Source: Breznakia blatticola (lineage in GTDB: Bacteria > Bacillota_I > Bacilli_A > Erysipelotrichales > Erysipelotrichaceae). From it: 32,000 nucleotides of DNA. Below the pieces are notes generated by a model. The model did not search any database. It had not been told where the DNA came from and saw nothing but the letters and a program-made list of their open reading frames with translations. The translations under genes and the position numbers were made by a program. The DNA lies in the NCBI RefSeq assembly GCF_004365815.1, contig NZ_SODD01000010.1, positions 29,127 through 61,126 on the forward strand. Reading direction: 5' to 3'. Shown piece by piece: positions 1 through 8,783 of the stretch (within the stretch, counting starts at the first letter, position 1; every line of letters begins with the position of its first letter).

Positions 1-350
1 TCGGGAAATACCTCTTTTCGTTCTTTATACATGATGAGTGGATACAACAGTATCGAAAGTTACTTGTTTTGGAACAGTTTCATAATAGAGATATTGCACA
101 GCATTATACGAATCAGTATTTCAAGGATCCACTTAATTATTTGGAGTCATTATTTTCATCAATGATGGATAACAATCAAATGCATGTATATAATGCAAAA
201 ATTATTGCTATGCATTTTTATGCACCTATAAAACAGTTAATTGATCTATGCGATTCAGATGCTCAATTTGAAAATGAAGCGCTTGTATTACTAGAACAAC
301 ACTTACAACAGTTCAATGCGTTATATAGAGTAGAGGAGCATCAATTATGA
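1..350 (+). CDS. Hypothetical protein, 5'-truncated by the window edge. Possibly the C-terminal ligand-binding half of a TetR-family regulator.
   Basis: The frame of the tracked ORF 69..350 stays open back to nt 3 (GKYLFSFFIHDEWIQQYRKLLV...), so the TTG at 69 is not the real start. The sequence looks helical and non-membrane. The stop overlaps the next gene's ATG (ATGA at 347). The TetR assignment is a weak impression only. Confidence 0.35.
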   Translation, partial: GKYLFSFFIHDEWIQQYRKLLVLEQFHNRDIAQHYTNQYFKDPLNYLESLFSSMMDNNQMHVYNAKIIAMHFYAPIKQLIDLCDSDAQFENEALVLLEQHLQQFNALYRVEEHQL

Positions 351-997
351 AACGTAGAAGAATTCAATATTTTGGGCTTATGGGTATTGTGAGTTTTATA
401 GCGTATGTTATGACAATTACATGTTCAACTTTTGCTTATCCTAATTATAATTGGATGTCACAAGCAGTAAGCGATTTATTTGCATTAGATTCTCCTGCTC
501 TTGGTTTGTGGAATCAACTAACCATTGTATATATGGCAAGTGGAATTGTTAGTATCACACTTGTTTATGTGTATATAGAAAATAAGTTAAATCAATGGAT
601 TCAATTAGGTATCGGATTATTCACTTTAATGAATTGGATTTCTTGTATAGGCTATCAATTATTTCCATTATCACAAAAAGGATATGCAGGTACATTTACG
701 GACTTCATGCATACATATGTAGTTACACTACTTGTTGTTTTATTGTCTATTACGTCGTTGATATGTATTATCATAGGTGGATATAAAGATAAAACCTATA
801 TCAATTTATCTAGATGGGCTGCTACTTCGCTACTATTTATGACGTTTGGAGCAATCGGAGTAGGTATTGTCCCTTCAGAATTCTTTGGAATTCCTGAACG
901 GTTCAGCGTTTTATCAGCGACTTTTTTTAATGCTGTACTTGGATATTATTTATATAGAGGGTTTCAATTTCCAACTAAAAAGCAACGGGTATTATAA
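347..997 (+). CDS. Polytopic membrane protein, DUF998-like
   Basis: 216 aa with about 6 hydrophobic segments. The N-terminus (RRRIQYFGLMGIVSFIAYV ... MSQAVSDL) resembles DUF998 proteins. It is translationally coupled to the upstream ORF. Confidence 0.55.
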   Translation: MKRRRIQYFGLMGIVSFIAYVMTITCSTFAYPNYNWMSQAVSDLFALDSPALGLWNQLTIVYMASGIVSITLVYVYIENKLNQWIQLGIGLFTLMNWISCIGYQLFPLSQKGYAGTFTDFMHTYVVTLLVVLLSITSLICIIIGGYKDKTYINLSRWAATSLLFMTFGAIGVGIVPSEFFGIPERFSVLSATFFNAVLGYYLYRGFQFPTKKQRVL

Positions 998-1462
998 CTC
1001 GTTGCTTTTGTTTTTCATTAGTTTTTGTAGCAATGCTTCACAACCAATAACGACATCTACGTAGGTTGTCTCATAATCACCAGTATACCAGGGATCAGCA
1101 ATACCTCGTTTTAATGACGTTAAATCTAATAGTTTGAAAACACGATCATCTTTAAGATTTAACATCCGTTTTGTGTTATTCACATTTGCATCATCCATAC
1201 ATATAAAATAATCATATGCTTGTGCATCTGAAGCTATGAGACGGGTTGCTTGATGTCTAGTGTATGGTATATCTTTTGCATTTAAAATGCGTTTGGTCCC
1301 AGGGTGCATATCATTTCCAATTTCCTCATTGCTAGTAGCTCTTGAAACAATTGTATAACCTTCAAGGTTTGCTTTTTTCACCATGTCTTTAAATACATAT
1401 TCAGCCATTGGTGAACGACAAATATTGCCATGACATACAAAACAAATTCTTTTTTTATCCAT
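992..1462 (-). CDS. Low-molecular-weight protein-tyrosine phosphatase
   Basis: It carries the P-loop CFVCHGNICRSPMAE (CX5R-S) and a general-acid motif in IADPWYTGD. I moved the start to the internal ATG at 1462 because a GGAG lies 6 nt upstream of it on the minus strand (aaaaaGGAGttcataATG). The tracked start at 1486 has no SD. Confidence 0.85.
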   Translation of the reverse strand: MDKKRICFVCHGNICRSPMAEYVFKDMVKKANLEGYTIVSRATSNEEIGNDMHPGTKRILNAKDIPYTRHQATRLIASDAQAYDYFICMDDANVNNTKRMLNLKDDRVFKLLDLTSLKRGIADPWYTGDYETTYVDVVIGCEALLQKLMKNKSNEL

Positions 1463-1572
1463 TATGAACTCCTTTTTATCATTCATATTTTAACACGAAA
1501 TTCATCAAGTAATCGCTTACTATCTATACAATTTCGCATTTGCTATAATAGAGATATAAAAGCCTATGTAAT

Positions 1573-1596
1573 TTTGTCACTAAAGGGTGTGACAAA
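1573..1596 (+). promoter_or_regulatory. Inverted repeat TTTGTCAC-N8-GTGACAAA, candidate MtlR operator
   Basis: The arms are perfect 8-bp repeats at 1573..1580 and 1589..1596. The centre lies about 63 bp upstream of the predicted +1 of the PTS operon. It resembles the TTGnCAC...GTGnCAA repeats I recall for Bacillus/Geobacillus MtlR sites (from memory). Confidence 0.45.
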
Positions 1597-1612
1597 CATG
1601 ATTTTCGTTTTA

Positions 1613-1641
1613 TTGATAGATGGATAAGCCTCTTTTACAAT
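1613..1641 (+). promoter_or_regulatory. Sigma-A-type promoter of the PTS operon (-35 TTGATA, 17-bp spacer, -10 TACAAT)
   Basis: TTGATA lies at 1613..1618 and TACAAT at 1636..1641, with a spacer of exactly 17 nt. The SD AGAGGAG and the ATG at 1685 lie downstream. Confidence 0.55.
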
Positions 1642-1684
1642 GAAAGTGTCAAAGGAAGTCTTAGACAGAAAAGAGGAGATTTAA

Positions 1685-3073
1685 ATGAAAGAAGGTATTC
1701 AAAAGTTTGGTCGATTCCTGAGTGGAATGGTAATGCCAAACATCGCAGCATTTATTGCTTGGGGTTTAATCACTGCTTTATTTATTGAAACTGGTTGGTT
1801 ACCAAATGCGAAGTTTGCAGCTTTAGTTGGTCCGATGCTGACATACTTGCTTCCAATTCTAATTGGTTATACAGGTGGTCATATGATCTACAAACAGCGT
1901 GGTGGTGTTGTAGCAGCTATTGCATCACTTGGTGTTATTGGTGGTGGACTTAACTTATTAGGGGAAGGTCAAAACGTAACGATGTTCTTAGGTGTTATGA
2001 TTATTGCACCAATTGCTGGTTACTTGACTAAGAAAATGGATGCAATGCTAGATGGACATGTCAAAGGTGGTTTTGAGATGTTGGTAAACAACTTCTCAGC
2101 TGGTATTCTTGGATTTATTCTAGCATTAATTGGAATGGTTGTAATTGGTCCAGTAAGTTTAGCAATCAATGATTTTCTAGGAGCAGCAGTTGATGTATTG
2201 GTAGAAAATAATATGTTACCGTTAACATCAATCTTCGTTGAACCTGCAAAAGTTTTATTCTTAAACAATGCAATTAATCATGGTATTTTCACCCCAATGG
2301 GAGCAGAACAAGTACTAGAAACAGGAAAATCAATTTTCTATTTAATTGAAGCAAACCCTGGTCCAGGTCTTGGATTATTGCTTGTATATTCTATCTTTGG
2401 AAAAGGTATGGCAAAAGCAAGTGCACCAGGAGCGGCAATCATCCACTTCTTTGGTGGAATTCACGAAATTTACTTTCCATACGTTATGATGAATCCATTG
2501 TTAATTGTTGCAATGATGGCAGGAGGAGCTAGTGGAGTATTCATTAATGTGATTTTCAACAGTGGATTAACTGGTCCAGCAAGCCCAGGAAGTATTATTG
2601 CAATAATGGGTATGGCTGAAAAAGGTAGCTTCTTAGGTGTTGCATTAAGTGTTGTTGTAAGTTGCGTAGTTACATTTGTGGTAGGAGCATTTATCTTAAA
2701 ACTAACTAATGGAAAAGATGTTGACTTAGAAGATGCACAAGCACAAGTGAATGACCGTAAAGCTGAATCAAAAGGGATTCAACAAGCATCAACGACAATT
2801 ACAAAAGTTGTATTTGCATGTGATGCAGGAATGGGATCTAGTGCAATGGGAGCAACCACACTAACAAAGAAACTAAAAGATGCAGGAATGGATTTAAAAG
2901 TAGAACATTACGCGATTGAAGAAATTCCTAAAGATGCACAAATCATTGTGACACATCAAAGTTTAGCAGATAGAGTACGTTCAACTGTACCAAGTGCGAC
3001 AGTAATGGAAATCACCAACTTTATGGGTGGAGAAGAATACGATCGCATTGTTGAAGAAATAGCAAAACGATAA
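1685..3073 (+). CDS. mtlA: PTS mannitol-family transporter subunit EIICB
   Basis: 462 aa. The N-terminus is a typical MtlA EIIC (MKEGIQKFGRFLSGMVMPNIAAFIAWG...). The C-terminus is an EIIB-Mtl domain with the phospho-Cys motif VVFACDAGMGSSAMGAT. There is no EIIA domain. Confidence 0.9.
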   Translation: MKEGIQKFGRFLSGMVMPNIAAFIAWGLITALFIETGWLPNAKFAALVGPMLTYLLPILIGYTGGHMIYKQRGGVVAAIASLGVIGGGLNLLGEGQNVTMFLGVMIIAPIAGYLTKKMDAMLDGHVKGGFEMLVNNFSAGILGFILALIGMVVIGPVSLAINDFLGAAVDVLVENNMLPLTSIFVEPAKVLFLNNAINHGIFTPMGAEQVLETGKSIFYLIEANPGPGLGLLLVYSIFGKGMAKASAPGAAIIHFFGGIHEIYFPYVMMNPLLIVAMMAGGASGVFINVIFNSGLTGPASPGSIIAIMGMAEKGSFLGVALSVVVSCVVTFVVGAFILKLTNGKDVDLEDAQAQVNDRKAESKGIQQASTTITKVVFACDAGMGSSAMGATTLTKKLKDAGMDLKVEHYAIEEIPKDAQIIVTHQSLADRVRSTVPSATVMEITNFMGGEEYDRIVEEIAKR

Positions 3074-3093
3074 CATAAGAAGGGAGAAGGCAC

Positions 3094-5184
3094 ATGATTG
3101 TATCACCAAGATTAAGCAAAATTCTACAGTTGTGTTTGGAACAAGATACTGATGAATTTATGAGCATGGATGAGCTTTCTTCCTTACTTAAAATAAGTAA
3201 ACGAACTTTATTTCGCGAGATTCAAGATATTGCATATGTCCTAGAACCATTTCAATTACAAATGATTTCAAAAACTGGTTTGGGACTACAAATTGTAGGT
3301 GAAAAAGAAAACAAAGAACAATTATATCAACAACTACAAAGCCAAAAACATAGTTATCTAATTAAAGAAGATCGAAGAAAGCTTTTAATACTTGAAATCT
3401 TACGCGCAAATGAAGTTCAAAAATTATACTATTATGCAGATGTATTCCAAGTTTCTCAAGCAACCATTCGTAATGATTTAGATTGTATCGAATCATGGTT
3501 TGAAAACTTTAACTTACAAATCCATCGTACACCTGGATTAGGTATTGAACTTGTAGGTGATGAGTTGAATTATCGTAAAGCGCTCACGGCTATTTTAAAC
3601 GAATCACTTGCAAGTAAACATGATACACAAGTAGATATGTACAATTCGCAAAGTCTACTAAATGAGGTGTTTACTCAAGATGAAGGTATTTTTGGATTAC
3701 TAAATCAAGAGATTCTTACGAAAGTCTTAGCAATATTTGAAACACACGGAGAACAACTTGGTTTAATTCAATACGCACAAAGTTCGTATATTGGTTTGAT
3801 GATACATTTAGTTGTTGCTATTGATCGTATTCAAAAGCATGAAGAAATTAAAGAGAACACATATGTAGTTGAAATGATGGTGCATGATCCATCATATCAA
3901 CAAGCAAAGAAATTTAAGCAAATTATAGATGAAACCTTTGCGATTCAAATGCCTGAAGCAGAAGTTGCTTTTATTGCAATGCATATGAAAGCTGCAAAAC
4001 TAACAAAGAGACAGGTCAGCGAACCAAATGAATTATTATCTTATTACAGTGAAGAAGAATTATTAACACTTATTGATCAGATGATTATGCATTTGCCAAA
4101 ACCATATGATGTATTGCTTAAAGATGATGATGAATTGCTTACAGGCTTAATTGCGCATTTACGTCCAACACTTATTCGATTAAAACATCAAATGTCGATT
4201 TATAATCCATTACTTGATGACGTAAAAAAACAATATGCAACCATCTATGAATATGCAAGAAAAGCAGGAAGGGTTCTTGAAAAAAAATATGAATATACAC
4301 TTCCTGAAGATGAAATTGCATACATTGCAATGCATATAGGTGCTGCAATTGAAAGAAGTAAACGTGCGAAGCCAATGTTTAAAGAGATTCATGTTGGAAT
4401 TGTATGTGCATCAGGAATCGGTGTTTCTGCTTTATTACAAGCAAAACTAGCAAAAATTGTAGATAGTCATGTACATTTAGAAACATTAAGTATGGATCAA
4501 GTACATGCTCAGGATTACACATGTGAGTTGTTACTGACAACTATGGCGTTACCTGATACGACAAAGGCAATACTAATTAATCCATTATTGCCACCTGAAG
4601 ATGAAATCAAAGTAAAAGATGCAATCAGCAAAACGAGAATGACGACACGTTATAAAAGTCAAACAAGAAAAGAAGGTAGTCCAATTGATAAACTAGCAAA
4701 TACGGTACTTGATGTTCTAGAAAGTTTTAGTATTGAAGTTGTAGATTATCGCTCAAGCAAACAAGATGTAATGCATGTATGTGCAACGCTTGTAAGTGAT
4801 GATGTAAGTAAGCAACAAGAAGTCATAAAGCAACTACAAAAACGTGAAGAAATGAATACGACGGTATTCTCAGATTTAGGACTTGCATTATTTCATGGAC
4901 AAGGAAGTTATGTTGATCGCGGATTGGTGAAGTTGATTCGCCCCAATCATGAAGCATTTATTCATGAAGAACTGAGTAATATTTACTTTGTATTAGTTAT
5001 GTATCTACCTGAAAACAGCAGTAAAGAACAAATGAAAATGTTAAGCATGCTATCACGAAAATTGATGGAAGATGATTTGTTCTATCAAGCATGTATGGGT
5101 GAATCGTATGCAAATGTATATCAAAAACTGGAAATGATTTTAAAAGAATACGTATTTGAAGTCATAAGTGAAAGTAGGAAATAA
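3094..5184 (+). CDS. mtlR: MtlR-type PRD-containing transcriptional activator (HTH, Mga-like HTH, PRD1, PRD2, EIIB-Gat-like, EIIA-Mtl-like)
   Basis: 696 aa. It has an N-terminal HTH (LSSLLKISKRTLFREIQDI) and duplicated PRD-type segments (AFIAMHMKAAK and AYIAMHIGAAIER). It also has an EIIB-like GIVCASGIGVSALL motif and a C-terminal EIIA-like LALFHGQ. It sits directly after mtlA, preceded by the SD GGGAGAAGG. Confidence 0.85.
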   Translation: MIVSPRLSKILQLCLEQDTDEFMSMDELSSLLKISKRTLFREIQDIAYVLEPFQLQMISKTGLGLQIVGEKENKEQLYQQLQSQKHSYLIKEDRRKLLILEILRANEVQKLYYYADVFQVSQATIRNDLDCIESWFENFNLQIHRTPGLGIELVGDELNYRKALTAILNESLASKHDTQVDMYNSQSLLNEVFTQDEGIFGLLNQEILTKVLAIFETHGEQLGLIQYAQSSYIGLMIHLVVAIDRIQKHEEIKENTYVVEMMVHDPSYQQAKKFKQIIDETFAIQMPEAEVAFIAMHMKAAKLTKRQVSEPNELLSYYSEEELLTLIDQMIMHLPKPYDVLLKDDDELLTGLIAHLRPTLIRLKHQMSIYNPLLDDVKKQYATIYEYARKAGRVLEKKYEYTLPEDEIAYIAMHIGAAIERSKRAKPMFKEIHVGIVCASGIGVSALLQAKLAKIVDSHVHLETLSMDQVHAQDYTCELLLTTMALPDTTKAILINPLLPPEDEIKVKDAISKTRMTTRYKSQTRKEGSPIDKLANTVLDVLESFSIEVVDYRSSKQDVMHVCATLVSDDVSKQQEVIKQLQKREEMNTTVFSDLGLALFHGQGSYVDRGLVKLIRPNHEAFIHEELSNIYFVLVMYLPENSSKEQMKMLSMLSRKLMEDDLFYQACMGESYANVYQKLEMILKEYVFEVISESRK

Positions 5185-5186
5185 TA

Positions 5187-5900
5187 ATGATGGATTTGAA
5201 TATATTTGTTGTGTGCGATGCAGGGATGGGTAGTAGTGCACTTGGAGCATCACTCATTCAAAAGAAATTAAAGGAACAAAATATTAATTTGCGAATACAA
5301 AATTGCAGTATTGCAGAAGTACCAAATGATGCACATATACTTATTACGCATCGTATGTTCTACAATCAATTGCAAGAAACATACACAAATGCAAAGGTGA
5401 TTACGTTTATCTCATTCACCGAAAAGCAAACCTATGAACGGATTGTTCGAGAAATTATGGAGGAATTGAAAAGACATATGATATTACATAAAGACTGTAT
5501 TGAAATAAATTGTAAAAAAGTGGATCGTAAACAAGCGATTGATGATATTGGACAAACTTTGCTTGAAGCAGGTTTTATTGAAGCAGAATATATTGAAGGA
5601 ATGCATAAAAGAGATGAATCATTAACGACGTTTATTGGAAATGATATTGCAATTCCACATGGGGAATATGAAGTGAAGCCTTTTGTAAAGCAAACGGGAC
5701 TTGCGGTTAAAATTTATCCAGAACCAATTGATTGGAATGGAAACCCAGTACGTGTTGTTATTGGAATTGCAGCCAAAGATAGTGACCATATTGAAATATT
5801 AAGTAACATTGCAATGAAATTAGGAGATATGCGTGAAGTTGAAGAATTGGTAAATTCTTGTGATATTGAGTATATTCATTCCACGCTAACAAAAGCATGA
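5187..5900 (+). CDS. PTS EIIB(Mtl)-EIIA(Mtl) fusion protein
   Basis: 237 aa. Residues 1-95 form a second EIIB-Mtl domain (IFVVCDAGMGSSALGAS) that aligns with the C-terminus of the EIICB. Residues from about 100 onward are a mannitol/fructose-type EIIA with the DIAIPHG phospho-His motif. The start could be the ATG at 5187 or 5190. Confidence 0.8.
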   Translation: MMDLNIFVVCDAGMGSSALGASLIQKKLKEQNINLRIQNCSIAEVPNDAHILITHRMFYNQLQETYTNAKVITFISFTEKQTYERIVREIMEELKRHMILHKDCIEINCKKVDRKQAIDDIGQTLLEAGFIEAEYIEGMHKRDESLTTFIGNDIAIPHGEYEVKPFVKQTGLAVKIYPEPIDWNGNPVRVVIGIAAKDSDHIEILSNIAMKLGDMREVEELVNSCDIEYIHSTLTKA

Positions 5901-6832
5901 TTTATACATTGACATGTAATCCAGCTATCGATAAAACTGCAAGCTTACAAAGTTTGCAAGTTGGAGCATTAAATCGTTTAGAAAATGTTGTAATCTCAGC
6001 AGCTGGAAAAGGTATTAATGTAAGTAAAACCTTACATACCCTCCAACAAGAAAGTGTTGTATTTGCATATTTAGCTGGAAACACTGGACAGTATATAGAA
6101 CAATCGTTGCTTGAGATGCAACTAGAAACAAAGGCTGTTTGGGTAGAGGGTAGTACACGTACAAATCTTAAGGTGATGGATGCAAATACACACCTAACAG
6201 AGTTAAATGAGCGTGGACCACATATTGATAGTGAAAAGCAATTAGAGATGCAAGCATTATTAGATGCAAATATTCAGTGTTCTGATTTACTAGTCCTTGC
6301 TGGTAGTTTATCAACAGGTATGGATAGTGATTATTATGCAAAACTAATTTCACATTTTGCCAAGAAAGGTGTAAAAGTGATTCTTGATGCAGATGGAAAT
6401 TCCTTTAAACATGCCATTAAGGAAGTTCCATTTCTAATCAAACCGAATGCATTTGAACTTTGCCAGTACATGAATGTAAAGGAAACAAATGATCCAATTA
6501 CACTTGCAAAAATGGCAAAAGAATTAATGGCTACTGGAATTGCTATGGTAGTAATTTCAATGGGAAAAGATGGTGCATTGTTTATGTATGAAGATCAAGT
6601 GATTTATGCAAAAGGACTACAGGTTGATGTGAAATCTACAGTAGGTGCAGGAGATGCAATGGTTGCAGCACTTGCATATGCAATTGAAAATAAACTTTCT
6701 TTAGAGCAAGTAGCTATACAAGCAATGGCAATTAGTGCAGGGGCATGTACAACAAGTGGTACAGAACCGGCAAGTAAAGAAATGATAGATACATTAGTAC
6801 AACAAGTCGTACTAGAAAAGATAGAGGTATAA
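5897..6832 (+). CDS. 1-phosphofructokinase family sugar-phosphate kinase (FruK/LacC/PfkB type)
   Basis: 311 aa with the N-terminus MIYTLTCNPAIDKT and a C-terminal PfkB signature VKSTVGAGDAMVAAL. An ATGA overlap couples it to the upstream gene. Confidence 0.8.
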   Translation: MIYTLTCNPAIDKTASLQSLQVGALNRLENVVISAAGKGINVSKTLHTLQQESVVFAYLAGNTGQYIEQSLLEMQLETKAVWVEGSTRTNLKVMDANTHLTELNERGPHIDSEKQLEMQALLDANIQCSDLLVLAGSLSTGMDSDYYAKLISHFAKKGVKVILDADGNSFKHAIKEVPFLIKPNAFELCQYMNVKETNDPITLAKMAKELMATGIAMVVISMGKDGALFMYEDQVIYAKGLQVDVKSTVGAGDAMVAALAYAIENKLSLEQVAIQAMAISAGACTTSGTEPASKEMIDTLVQQVVLEKIEV

Positions 6833-6833
6833 A

Positions 6834-8102
6834 ATGAAAACCAGAGCAGTTAGACTGTATGGAGTAGATGATCTTCGTTTAGAAGAATTCGAACTTCCAG
6901 AAATTAAAGATGATGAAATACTCGTACGAGTAGTAAGTGATAGTATTTGTATGTCAACATACAAAACAGTAAAACAAGGAAAAAACCACAAACGTGTTCC
7001 AGATGATGTAGATAAAAATCCAATCATTATTGGACATGAATTTGCTGGAGATATTGTAAAAGTTGGAAAGAAGTGGCAAGACCAATTTAAAGCAGGTCAA
7101 CGCTTTGCTCAACAACCAGCACTAAACTATAAAGGTAGTTTAGCTTCACCTGGGTACTCATATCCATATTTTGGTGGAGATTGTACGTACTGTATTATTC
7201 CACCTGAAGTAATGGAACTAGGATGTTTGATGGTGTATGAGGGAGATAGCTATTATAGTGCAAGTCTAGGTGAACCGATGTCTTGTATCATTGGTGGATA
7301 TCGAGCGAATTATCATACAAACAAACAAAACTATGTACATGACATGGGAATTAAAGAAGGTGGAAATCTATTAATCATGGGTGGAACGGGTCCAATGGGA
7401 CTTGGAGCGATTGATTATGCAGCTGCTGGTGATAAGAAACCAAAACGAGTTGTAGTGACGGATTTGAGTGAACAAAGAATCGAACGGGCTAGACGCGTAT
7501 TATCAGAAGCAAGTATGAAGGAAAAAGGAATTGAATTGATTTATTTCAATCCAAATAATTTTGAAGATGATACACAAGCATTACTCGATATCAGTGAAGG
7601 TAAAGGATATGATGATATCTTTGTATATGTTCCTGTTGAAAGTCTTGCGCAACAAGCAAGTAAACTATTAGCTTTTGATGGATGTATGAATATCTTTGCC
7701 GGTCCAACTGACAAGAACTTCTCTGCAATGGTGAATTTATATGATGTACACTACACAAGTACACACATCATGGGAACTACCGGAGGAACAAATGATGATT
7801 TACTTGAAGCACTTCGTTTATCTGAACAAGGTAAGATCAATCCATCTTTAATGGTTACACATATTGGTGGTTTGGATAGTGTGGTTGATACAACCATTAA
7901 CTTACCAGATATCCCAGGAGGGAAGAAGTTAATTTATACACAAATTGATCTTCCATTAACTGCGATTGATGATTTTGAATCACTAGCAAAAGAGGATCCA
8001 TTATTTGCGAAATTACATGAAAGCTGTGAGGCACATAATGGATTGTGGAATGTACAAGCCGAACAAATTTTACTTAATCATTTTAACGTCAACCAACTGT
8101 AA
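6834..8102 (+). CDS. Zinc-type medium-chain dehydrogenase, L-sorbose-1-phosphate reductase (SorE)-like
   Basis: 422 aa. The N-terminus MKTRAVRLYGVDDLRLEEFELPEIKDDEILVRVVSDSICMS...IIGHEFAG closely matches my memory of enteric SorE. It has a Rossmann motif LIMGGTGPMGLGA. The SD AGAGGT lies 1 nt after the kinase stop. Confidence 0.7.
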   Translation: MKTRAVRLYGVDDLRLEEFELPEIKDDEILVRVVSDSICMSTYKTVKQGKNHKRVPDDVDKNPIIIGHEFAGDIVKVGKKWQDQFKAGQRFAQQPALNYKGSLASPGYSYPYFGGDCTYCIIPPEVMELGCLMVYEGDSYYSASLGEPMSCIIGGYRANYHTNKQNYVHDMGIKEGGNLLIMGGTGPMGLGAIDYAAAGDKKPKRVVVTDLSEQRIERARRVLSEASMKEKGIELIYFNPNNFEDDTQALLDISEGKGYDDIFVYVPVESLAQQASKLLAFDGCMNIFAGPTDKNFSAMVNLYDVHYTSTHIMGTTGGTNDDLLEALRLSEQGKINPSLMVTHIGGLDSVVDTTINLPDIPGGKKLIYTQIDLPLTAIDDFESLAKEDPLFAKLHESCEAHNGLWNVQAEQILLNHFNVNQL

Positions 8103-8118
8103 TACAGTTGGTTTTCTT
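8091..8118 (+). terminator. Rho-independent terminator of the PTS operon
   Basis: The stem AACCAACTG (8091..8099) pairs with CAGTTGGTT (8105..8113) around the loop TAATA, followed by TTCTT. It overlaps the stop codon. Confidence 0.7.
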
Positions 8119-8142
8119 AACGTAATAAGTCAGTCACTTTCG

Positions 8143-8171
8143 TTGACTATTAATACAAAAGGAAATAAGAT
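8143..8171 (+). promoter_or_regulatory. Candidate promoter of the MarR gene (-35 TTGACT, 17 nt, -10 TAAGAT)
   Basis: TTGACT lies at 8143..8148 and TAAGAT at 8166..8171. The SD AGGAGG and the ATG at 8216 lie downstream. Confidence 0.35.
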
Positions 8172-8215
8172 AACTATGTTAATATAAGTAATATATAACA
8201 GATAGGAGGATTATT

Positions 8216-8683
8216 ATGATCCAATGGGAAGTAATTAGAGAATCGGAGAAATTGAAATCCGAAATCAGTGCTGTAAGTCAACAAATCTTACAACCATTTT
8301 ATGAAAAATTTAGAACTAATGCATTACAGTTAGCAATTCTAAATGAGGCGGAATCAAATCCAAATTTAACATTAAATTCGCTTGCTGCAACTTTAAATAG
8401 AGCAGCTACAAATTTATCAGTTAAAGTAACTGCAATGGTAAAAGATGATTTACTAAAGAAAGTGGTCGCAAATCATGACCGTCGTATTATTTACATCCAA
8501 CCAACAGCGAAAGGATTGGATTTAATCCGTAAATCACGTAGTTTCATTATTAAGCGTTATGAAATGGTTGATGAAGATGATACAGATATTCAAAACTTAG
8601 TAACAGCATCAACGATTTATTTAGATAAACTATTAGAGGCAAAACGTAAACCAGTTACACAAGAATTATTTGATAGTTTATAA
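8216..8683 (+). CDS. MarR-family transcriptional regulator
   Basis: 155 aa with a winged-helix core: LQLAILNEAESNPNLTLNSLAATLNRAATNLSVKVTAMVKDDLLKKVVANHDRRIIYIQPTAKG. Confidence 0.8.
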   Translation: MIQWEVIRESEKLKSEISAVSQQILQPFYEKFRTNALQLAILNEAESNPNLTLNSLAATLNRAATNLSVKVTAMVKDDLLKKVVANHDRRIIYIQPTAKGLDLIRKSRSFIIKRYEMVDEDDTDIQNLVTASTIYLDKLLEAKRKPVTQELFDSL

Positions 8684-8783
8684 AACAAGGAAGTCATCCG
8701 TTAAATTATAAAATATAATTAAAATCCTTTTCATATACATGCAGATATGATTTAATACAAGTATAGGTATTTGGGAGGATGGG

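Noticed and set aside
992-997. Palindromic TTATAA that provides the stop codon for both convergent genes (DUF998-like and PTP)
   Set aside because: The overlap is real, but this is most likely a trivial consequence of an AT-rich genome with TAA stops. No hairpin or terminator is associated with it.
1541-1549. Extended -10 TGcTATAAT upstream of the candidate MtlR operator
   Set aside because: I did not list it as a feature. It has no usable -35, and a much better TTGATA-17-TACAAT promoter lies downstream of the operator. It may still be a secondary promoter, and I mention it in the operator/promoter finding at 1573..1641.
1430-1627. 65-aa plus-strand ORF in the PTP/mtlA intergenic region
   Set aside because: It starts inside the phosphatase gene and spans the operator repeat and the -35 box. 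It has no SD and the peptide looks implausible.
1641-1654. cre-like TGAAAGTGTCAAAG right after the mtl -10
   Set aside because: It lacks the central CG and the 3' half of the cre palindrome, so there are too many mismatches to call.
8704-8720. AT-only palindrome AATTATA-aaa-TATAATT downstream of marR (possible MarR operator or -10 box)
   Set aside because: It consists only of A and T in an AT-rich spacer, and the -35 match (AAGTCA) is poor. I cannot tell it from chance.
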